Source: Candidatus Latescibacterota bacterium
Lineage (GTDB): Bacteria > Latescibacterota > UBA2968 > GCA-2709665
Length of the DNA: 64,000 nt
Assembly: GCA_965203805.1 (NCBI GenBank)
Contig: OZ241917.1
Location: 704,001 to 768,000 of the forward strand
Reading direction: 5' to 3'
Shown here: positions 57,713 through 64,000 of the stretch, in pieces
How the letters are laid out: each line of letters begins with the position of its first letter
Position numbering within the stretch: the stretch's first letter is position 1
The notes under the pieces: model-generated
Seen by the model: the letters and a program-made list of their open reading frames with translations, nothing else
Told to the model about the DNA's origin: nothing
The model's database searches: none
Made by a program: the position numbers and the translations under genes

Positions 57713-58795
57713 ATGAACGCCGGCGCGGCCGCGGGACGAATGCAGAAAATGGCGCGAATCAGGTCGGTCAGAGCAATTCAGCCGGCATCAGCCGGGAGCC
57801 CGAACGACTGGCGGACATCGATGGGTCAGATCGCGGTCGGCGTTCAGACGGACGACGGTTTGACGGGCTATGGCGCCGGCGGCGGGGGTGCGGCGGGCGT
57901 TCACGTTGTTGAGACCGAACTTCGCAGGATTCTGGTCGGCAGCGACGCGTCCCGGGTCGAAGATCTGTGGGACGAAATGTATCGGGCGACAAGGCCCTTC
58001 GGGCGCAAGGGCATCGCGGTGATGGCCATCAGCGGCGTGGACCTTGCGCTGTGGGATTTGAGAGGAAAACGCGAAGCCAAGCCGGTCGTTGAACTGATTT
58101 CCGGCGTCAGCGCGCCTGCCAGGACAGTTCCCTGCTACATGACGGGCTTCTCGATCGACGAGATTATCCGTAACGGCGCCAGGGGGTTTCGAGCGCTCAA
58201 GTTTCACGCCGGGTTCGTCCGGAATCAGAACGTCGCCGACGTCGCCGCACCGATTCGACGCGTACGGGACGCCCTCGGACCCGATGTATGCCTGATGGCG
58301 GACGCGGCGATGAATCTGGACGTTGAATCGGCGCTGCGACTGGCAGACGCCCTGCAGGGATGCAAACTTGAATGGCTCGAGGAACCGCTTCCGCCGGAGG
58401 ATCTGGAAGGGTATCGGAAACTGCGCGATCAGAGTCCGATACCCATCGCGGGCGGAGAGCATGAATTCACGGCAGACGGTTTTGACGTTCTGATGAGGGA
58501 ACGTCTGCACGCAATCGTACAACCGGACGCCACGTGGTGCGGCGGCCTTACGGAATTGCTGAAGATCTATGAAATGGGCGAAAAATACGGGATTCGGGTC
58601 TGTCCGCATCGTGGCAGCGAAATCTGGGCGCTGCACGCGATCTCGTCCCTGGATCCCCATCCGTTGGCCGAGTCGGGAAGACCGTGGATTGACTGGGTGA
58701 ACGGGCAACCCGAAATCTCAGGTGGCAGTGTCTCTATCGGCAACGCACCCGGCTTCGGGGTGCGGCTTCCCGTTCCTGGTGGGCAAAAGGGTTGA
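57713..58795 (+). CDS. Mandelate racemase/muconate lactonizing enzyme family (acid-sugar dehydratase-like)
   Basis: AISGVDLALWDL, metal ligands MAD / WLEEP / GGEHE, QPDATWCGG, PH. Confidence 0.9.
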   Translation: MNAGAAAGRMQKMARIRSVRAIQPASAGSPNDWRTSMGQIAVGVQTDDGLTGYGAGGGGAAGVHVVETELRRILVGSDASRVEDLWDEMYRATRPFGRKGIAVMAISGVDLALWDLRGKREAKPVVELISGVSAPARTVPCYMTGFSIDEIIRNGARGFRALKFHAGFVRNQNVADVAAPIRRVRDALGPDVCLMADAAMNLDVESALRLADALQGCKLEWLEEPLPPEDLEGYRKLRDQSPIPIAGGEHEFTADGFDVLMRERLHAIVQPDATWCGGLTELLKIYEMGEKYGIRVCPHRGSEIWALHAISSLDPHPLAESGRPWIDWVNGQPEISGGSVSIGNAPGFGVRLPVPGGQKG

Positions 58796-58820
58796 CATCG
58801 AAGCGGGAATGCCATACTAT
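58792..58820 (+). promoter_or_regulatory. Near-consensus sigma70 promoter
   Basis: TTGACA-N17-TACTAT; the -35 box overlaps the upstream stop codon. Confidence 0.75.
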
Positions 58821-58941
58821 TTGGTGGCGTTGCCGGCTCTGATTGGACGCGCTTTCGTGAGTGCAGGGGACATGCTCAACTCGCGGCCGGGACGCCCCGT
58901 GGGCGCATCCCCCCATGTTCCGAGATTTCGGGAGAGACGTG

Positions 58942-59289
58942 ATGTCTCCTGACCGTGACGAATATCTGGAAGACGATCGGATATTGGCGCTTCTCGAAGA
59001 TCCGGTCGATGCCGAGGCGTTTACGAACCTGATGGAACACGCGCACCAGAGGGGCATGAGCGCCGCGGATTTTGTCCGCGAAGTACCGGAACGCACGTCC
59101 CGAAAGGCCATTCGGAGGCTGTGCCTGAAAGACAGGAAACGAACGTTGCGCGCAAGATTGTCGTCCTTCGCCCGGAATCTGTGGGCGCGCCCCGCCGAGG
59201 ATCCGGAGACCGGATACATACAGACACTCTACCCGCCACGAGACGGGCCGCCGATGCCCGGCGGAAACGGACAGAAGCCCAAACAATGA
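58942..59289 (+). CDS. Hypothetical protein (115 aa)
   Basis: RBS GGGAGA; ATGA coupling to the next ORF; fills the space behind a strong promoter. Confidence 0.6.
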   Translation: MSPDRDEYLEDDRILALLEDPVDAEAFTNLMEHAHQRGMSAADFVREVPERTSRKAIRRLCLKDRKRTLRARLSSFARNLWARPAEDPETGYIQTLYPPRDGPPMPGGNGQKPKQ

Positions 59290-59468
59290 CGCGGGAAAAG
59301 CGACAGGCGCTGCAGGTGCATATTCACGAATTGGAAGAACTGGTCGAAGCCATGCTTGTACATGCGCGGTCCGGAAATCAGGAGGCCAGAGAACGGCTGG
59401 TTCACGTGCATCGAGAGGTGATGAATAAACGGCATCGTCTAAAGGATCTGTCCAGGCAGGACGGCTGA
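59286..59468 (+). CDS. Small helical hypothetical protein (60 aa)
   Basis: ATG overlaps the upstream TGA; amphipathic helical sequence. Confidence 0.55.
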   Translation: MTREKRQALQVHIHELEELVEAMLVHARSGNQEARERLVHVHREVMNKRHRLKDLSRQDG

Positions 59469-59563
59469 GGCAGGGATTCATCAGGCGGAATATGGCGGGT
59501 GGGCTCACGGGCCAATCCGGGAGGTATACCCCATGTTTCGCTCTTTTTATATGAGGGTCGGAA

Positions 59564-59986
59564 GTGCGTGTACTTGCGGTTGACTACGGCACGAGGCGCG
59601 TGGGCATGGCCGTTTCAGACGAACTCGGTGTGGTCGCGCGTGGGTTGCCAACGGTGAATGCGGGCGCACGGAACTCGGCGGTGCAATCGGTCGCGAAGGC
59701 GGCCTCAGACGTCGGAGCGGCCGCGCTGCTCGTCGGTCTGCCGCTCAATATGGACGGGAGCCGGGGGCCGATGGCTGAAGCTGCCGAAGCGTTCGCCTCC
59801 GAACTGAATCGAATAACGGGCTTGCCCGTTCGGCTCTGGGACGAGCGGCTGACCACGGTTGCCGCGCGTCGTGCGATCCGCGAGACAGGGTCGAGGCAGG
59901 GGGGAAAAAAGGGCACGGTGGATCGAATGGCGGCGGTCCTGCTGCTGAATAACTATCTGCAAGCGCAGGATTCAGAGATAACCTGA
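59564..59986 (+). CDS. ruvX: YqgF/RuvX family (pre-16S rRNA nuclease)
   Basis: LAVDYGTRRVGMAVSD, VGLPLNMDG, WDERLTT, VDRMAA. Confidence 0.94.
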   Translation: MRVLAVDYGTRRVGMAVSDELGVVARGLPTVNAGARNSAVQSVAKAASDVGAAALLVGLPLNMDGSRGPMAEAAEAFASELNRITGLPVRLWDERLTTVAARRAIRETGSRQGGKKGTVDRMAAVLLLNNYLQAQDSEIT

Positions 59987-60009
59987 CACAATTCAATGGG
60001 AGAAACAAC

Positions 60010-61077
60010 GTGGTGCCGGTCGGTCCGGACGGCCGTCGATCCTGGATGTCTCACAACCTCGGATCGGCGATCGTCCGTTCAATTATCGCGCTCGCGTGCA
60101 TTGGCGCCGTGGGCTTCGTACTGCTGGTCCTGACTTTGAACCGGCCCACGGGGTGGGGACCTGGAGACGTCGTCATTCAGAAGGGCATGTCGGTCGAACA
60201 AATCGGCGGGTTTTTGCATAAGGAGGGCGTCATCAGGAGTCCGCGGCTGTTCATTCTGTTTTCCCTCGTCAACCGTAACAGCAGAAACCTCAAAGCCGGA
60301 ATTCACCATTTCCCGGACGGCATGGACACCTGGGAAATCTTGCAGGAGCTTACGGTGTCCAAAGCCGAATTCCACGAGGTGACCATACCGGAAGGGAGGA
60401 CACTCCTCCAGACGCTAAAGCGCCTTGCGGCAACAGCAGACCTCGACGAGCGCGAGTTAAGGCGAATCGCAACCGACCCCGGGTTCTGTCGCCGGCTGGG
60501 TGTCGATGCGGACAATCTCGAGGGCTACCTCTTTCCCGAAACCTATCGGCTTTCGCCGACGATGGACGAAGAACAGGTCATCCGGATGCTGATCGCGCAG
60601 TTCTTCGCGGTCTTCAACGGAAGACTGAATGAGCGCGCGCAGGAAATCGGAATGTCGGTGCATGAAGTTGTCACGCTGGCCTCAATTATCGAAGGCGAGG
60701 CACAACTGGATGCAGAACGATCGACAATCTCGGCGGTGTATCACAACCGGCTCAAGCAAGGGATGTACCTCCAGGCCGACCCCACGATTCAATACGCCAT
60801 CGAAGGGGGCCCGCGCAGGTTGTTTTACAGAGATTACAAGATTGACTCCCCCTACAATACCTATCGGCACAGAGGGCTTCCGCCGGGCCCCGTAATGAAT
60901 CCGGGGGCGGCGTCGCTGACGGCGGCGCTGTTCCCGGCGAACGTGGACTACCTCTATTTTGTGGCGAGAGGCGACGGATCGCACGTGTTCAGCAGGACCT
61001 CCCGGGAACACGACCAGGCGAAGCACAAGACAAGGCGCGCCAGAAGACGCAATTGGAAGCGGTTAGAGACGCCTTGA
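60010..61077 (+). CDS. mltG: Endolytic transglycosylase MltG
   Basis: N-terminal TM, VTIPEG, LEGYLFPETY, LASIIEGE, LQADPT, SPYNTY..GLPPGP, YLYFV. Confidence 0.95.
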   Translation: MVPVGPDGRRSWMSHNLGSAIVRSIIALACIGAVGFVLLVLTLNRPTGWGPGDVVIQKGMSVEQIGGFLHKEGVIRSPRLFILFSLVNRNSRNLKAGIHHFPDGMDTWEILQELTVSKAEFHEVTIPEGRTLLQTLKRLAATADLDERELRRIATDPGFCRRLGVDADNLEGYLFPETYRLSPTMDEEQVIRMLIAQFFAVFNGRLNERAQEIGMSVHEVVTLASIIEGEAQLDAERSTISAVYHNRLKQGMYLQADPTIQYAIEGGPRRLFYRDYKIDSPYNTYRHRGLPPGPVMNPGAASLTAALFPANVDYLYFVARGDGSHVFSRTSREHDQAKHKTRRARRRNWKRLETP

Positions 61078-61094
61078 AACAGGAAAGCAAGGGT

Positions 61095-63329
61095 ATGCAA
61101 GCCATTCTGGAGGGGTTGAACGAACAGCAGAAAGAAGCGGTGAGCGTGGTGGATCGCCCGGTTCTCGTCCTGGCGGGGGCCGGGTCCGGAAAAACGCGCG
61201 TGCTGACCCACCGACTTGCGTACCTGATCGAGGTCTGCGGCGTGAGCCCGGGCGCAATCGTGGCCATGACGTTCACCAACAAAGCAGCGGGGGAGATGAA
61301 CGGCCGCGTCGAGGAACTGTTGAACCGAAACACCCGGAGCATGTGGCTCGGAACCTTCCACTCCCTGTGCGCGCGCATTTTGAGGAGGGAGTCCGCGGCG
61401 GCAGGCCTCGACGCCGATTTCTCCATCTACGATGCCGACGATCAGCTTGCGCTGATGCGGCAGGTACTCCGGGATCAGGAGATCTCGGAGCGGCAGTTCC
61501 CACCACGGCAGGTTCGGGCGCGCATCAGTTCCGAGAAAAGCCGGATGGTCGATCCGGCTGCCTTTGCGAAGCGTGCGGGGAACTATTACGAGCAACAGGT
61601 CGCCCGGATATATCGGCAGTACCAATCGGCCCTGCAACGGAACAATGCAGTAGATTTCGACGATCTGCTCATGCTGACGGTAAAGGTTTTCAGGGAAGTT
61701 CCGGAGGTCCTGGCAAAGTACCAGGAACGGTTCACGCACGTCTTGATCGACGAGTACCAGGATACCAACCGGCCGCAATACCTTTTCGCGCGTCTGCTTG
61801 CGGAAGGACACGGACGCATCTTCGTGGTCGGGGACGACGACCAGAGCATTTATGGGTGGCGCGGCGCGGACCTGGGGAATATCCTGAATTTCGAGAAGGA
61901 TTTTCCCGATGCGTATGTCATCCGCCTCGAACAGAACTATCGTTCGTCTCAGGTGATTCTGGATGCGGGAAACGCGGTGATTCGCAACAACGTCGGACGC
62001 AAGGGGAAGAAACTCTGGACGGATCGTGACGGCGGGGATCTGATTCAGGTTTCGAGTTGCGCGGATGAATCGGACGAGGCCCGATGGATCGCTCATGAAT
62101 TGAAGCGTCTGAGAACGCAATACAGCTACAATCAGGTCGCTGTATTGTATCGTACGAACGCGCAGTCCCGCGCGCTGGAAGACGGACTGAGGTTCCAGGC
62201 GATCCCGTATGTGATCGTGGGCGGCGTTCGCTTTTACGATCGACTGGAAGTCAAGGACGTGCTTGCGTACCTGAGGCTGATCGTGAATCCCGGTGACTCA
62301 ATCAGCTTCTACCGGATAGTCAATACCCCGCGCCGCGGGATCGGCCGAACCTCACTTGAAAAGCTTGAGTCCTTTGCAACGGGCGAGGGCATGACGCCTT
62401 ATGAGGCATTGTCTCACGCCAACAGCGTTGACGGCCTCACCGCCCGCGCGAGACGTGCGATGAGTGAGTTTCACGGCCTGATCGATGGATTCCGGCGCCG
62501 TCTGGAGGAAGAGCCCGCCCACCTGCTTGCAGCCCGCGTCGTCCGGGAAACCGGATATCTGCAGACACTGGATGACTTGACGCCGGCCGAGAATGTCTCC
62601 CGCACGGAGAATGTGCAGGAACTGCTGGCGGCCATCGAGGAATTCGCACAGCGATCCGACGTGCCTTCATTATCGGCATTTCTGCGGGAAGTCGCGCTGA
62701 TCACCGACGTCGACCAGTGGCGCGACGAGGCCGAGGCCGTGACGTTGATGACGCTGCACAGCGCCAAGGGCCTCGAGTTTCCCGCGGTCTTCATTGCGGG
62801 CCTGGAAGAGGGCCTGTTCCCTATCCTCAGGGATCAGGACGATCCGGTTGCCGAAGCGGCGGCCGTGGAGGAGGAGCGGCGGTTGTTCTACGTGGGGGTG
62901 ACGCGGGCGCAGGACCGGCTCCACCTGACCCATGCCGCTCACCGCCGGCGGTACGGTGGCTCACCGGTCAATGCCGAATCCAGATTCCTGCGGGAGATTC
63001 CCGGCAATCTGATCGATCGCGGCCTTGCCTTCAAGAAGGACGTTTCTCCGCCCGACAGCGTGGAAAAAACCACCGCCGGCGCTCCCGTTCCAAGGAGAGC
63101 GGGCGCCGCCGTTCGAAAGGATCCTCCAACATCCGAGCCGATGAGCAAGTCGAATGACGGCGAACCGTTCCCGATGGAAGCGGGTACCGCCATTATCCAT
63201 CCTACGTTGGGGCGGGGGCGTATTCTGGATCGGACCGGAAGCGGTCCTGATACGAAACTCACGGTAACCTTTCAGAATGGTTCCACGAAAAAGCTGGTTG
63301 TCCGTTTTGCCCGTCTTCGACCCGGGTGA
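61095..63329 (+). CDS. pcrA: ATP-dependent DNA helicase PcrA/UvrD
   Basis: AGAGSGKT, TFTNKAA, DEYQDTN, VGDDDQSIY, LEQNYRS, TLHSAKGLEF, EERRLFYVGVTRA, C-terminal Tudor-like domain. Confidence 0.96.
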   Translation: MQAILEGLNEQQKEAVSVVDRPVLVLAGAGSGKTRVLTHRLAYLIEVCGVSPGAIVAMTFTNKAAGEMNGRVEELLNRNTRSMWLGTFHSLCARILRRESAAAGLDADFSIYDADDQLALMRQVLRDQEISERQFPPRQVRARISSEKSRMVDPAAFAKRAGNYYEQQVARIYRQYQSALQRNNAVDFDDLLMLTVKVFREVPEVLAKYQERFTHVLIDEYQDTNRPQYLFARLLAEGHGRIFVVGDDDQSIYGWRGADLGNILNFEKDFPDAYVIRLEQNYRSSQVILDAGNAVIRNNVGRKGKKLWTDRDGGDLIQVSSCADESDEARWIAHELKRLRTQYSYNQVAVLYRTNAQSRALEDGLRFQAIPYVIVGGVRFYDRLEVKDVLAYLRLIVNPGDSISFYRIVNTPRRGIGRTSLEKLESFATGEGMTPYEALSHANSVDGLTARARRAMSEFHGLIDGFRRRLEEEPAHLLAARVVRETGYLQTLDDLTPAENVSRTENVQELLAAIEEFAQRSDVPSLSAFLREVALITDVDQWRDEAEAVTLMTLHSAKGLEFPAVFIAGLEEGLFPILRDQDDPVAEAAAVEEERRLFYVGVTRAQDRLHLTHAAHRRRYGGSPVNAESRFLREIPGNLIDRGLAFKKDVSPPDSVEKTTAGAPVPRRAGAAVRKDPPTSEPMSKSNDGEPFPMEAGTAIIHPTLGRGRILDRTGSGPDTKLTVTFQNGSTKKLVVRFARLRPG

Positions 63330-63461
63330 TCCGAAGCCGTACGAACATCCGGCTGTTCGCCTCCATCGCCAGAATCCTCTTGATTTCGAGGTAAATTTGC
63401 CACATATTACAATCGCAGTGAAGGCCGGATATAACGCCATTCCATTTCCATGGGATTGTTG

Positions 63462-63749
63462 ATGTCGGTTACGCTGGAAGACGTCCGAAAGGTGGCGCAA
63501 CTTGCACGGCTGAGGTTCGACAGGGAAGAGGAAAAACGGCTGGTTGTCGACCTGAATCAAATGCTGGATTATGCGACCGCCCTCGAAAATCTGAATACCT
63601 GCGGCGTTTCGCCCACGTCGCACGTACTGCCTGTAAACAACGTGTTTCGAGAGGATATTCCCGTTCCCTGTCTTTCACAGACGGAGGCCCTGTCGAATGC
63701 GCCCAGTTCCGGCCACGGCCATTTCAGGGTTCCCAAAGTTATCGACTGA
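63462..63749 (+). CDS. gatC: Asp/Glu-tRNA amidotransferase subunit C
   Basis: VRKVAQLARL, V.PTSH, FRED, LSNAP, FRVPKVI. Confidence 0.92.
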   Translation: MSVTLEDVRKVAQLARLRFDREEEKRLVVDLNQMLDYATALENLNTCGVSPTSHVLPVNNVFREDIPVPCLSQTEALSNAPSSGHGHFRVPKVID

Positions 63750-63753
63750 CTCC

Positions 63754-63785
63754 CGGCGGTGGTTATATCTACACCGCCGTTTTTT
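63754..63785 (+). terminator. Rho-independent terminator after gatC
   Basis: CGGCGGTG-N10-CACCGCCG followed by T6. Confidence 0.85.
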
Positions 63786-63806
63786 GTAATGTGTGTGGAG
63801 GAGCGG

Positions 63807-64000
63807 ATGGTCAAGCGGAGTGATTACAACGGCCCCAAATACATCGTCGTCGCCGGCGGTGTGATGAGCGGCGTAGGCAAGGGACTTGCCACGGCGTCCA
63901 TCGGCAAAATCCTGCAGCAGCATGGATACAAGGCGACAGCGATAAAGATCGATCCCTATCTCAATTATGACGCAGGCACCTTGCGTCCGACCGAGCACGG
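63807..64000 (+). CDS. pyrG: CTP synthase (partial; runs off the window end)
   Basis: Manual translation [55 protein letters not shown]; RBS GGAGGAG. Confidence 0.93.
   Translation, partial: MVKRSDYNGPKYIVVAGGVMSGVGKGLATASIGKILQQHGYKATAIKIDPYLNYDAGTLRPTEH

Overview
A gene-dense, GC-rich (about 60% by eye) bacterial chromosome segment from a diderm organism, as shown by a TonB-dependent receptor and lipoproteins. An FCB-type or candidate-phylum origin is my guess and is not proven. No prophage, integrase, transposase or CRISPR array is visible. The left arm has a partial TonB-dependent receptor, tRNA-fMet, the conserved phoH/7TM-HD/ybeY/corC operon, a lipoprotein + LysM pair, hisS-aspS (non-discriminating-type AspRS), an RNase HII-YraN fusion, an asymmetric heterodimeric ABC exporter and a multi-zinc-finger protein of unknown function. 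The centre (about 18.8-52.7 kb) is a long run of catabolic enzymes: SDRs, two hydantoinase/oxoprolinase A-B pairs, Gfo/Idh/MocA, VOC, LDH2, MBL, Fpr, an FAD oxidoreductase, Fe-ADH, PhyH, BNR-4, rfbA, GH88-like and DegT. It also holds tRNA-Gly and a DUF547 / ArsS-like radical SAM / ArsC / secreted thioredoxin-DsbD-alpha cluster. The right arm has an FAD/Fe-S oxidoreductase, acyP, apt, tRNA-Arg(CCT), SRPBCC and enolase-family genes, two small unknown ORFs behind a near-consensus promoter, ruvX-mltG-pcrA, an orphan gatC and a partial pyrG with an unusual motif. The best leads are: a roughly 200 bp TA-bounded dispersed repeat present twice (MITE-like), the arsenic/thiol-redox cluster, the lipoprotein-LysM coiled-coil pair (possible outer-membrane tether), a 60-aa protein resembling sigma region 1.2, and the structured leader of the TonB receptor. 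All calls are from motif recognition by eye; no searches were run.
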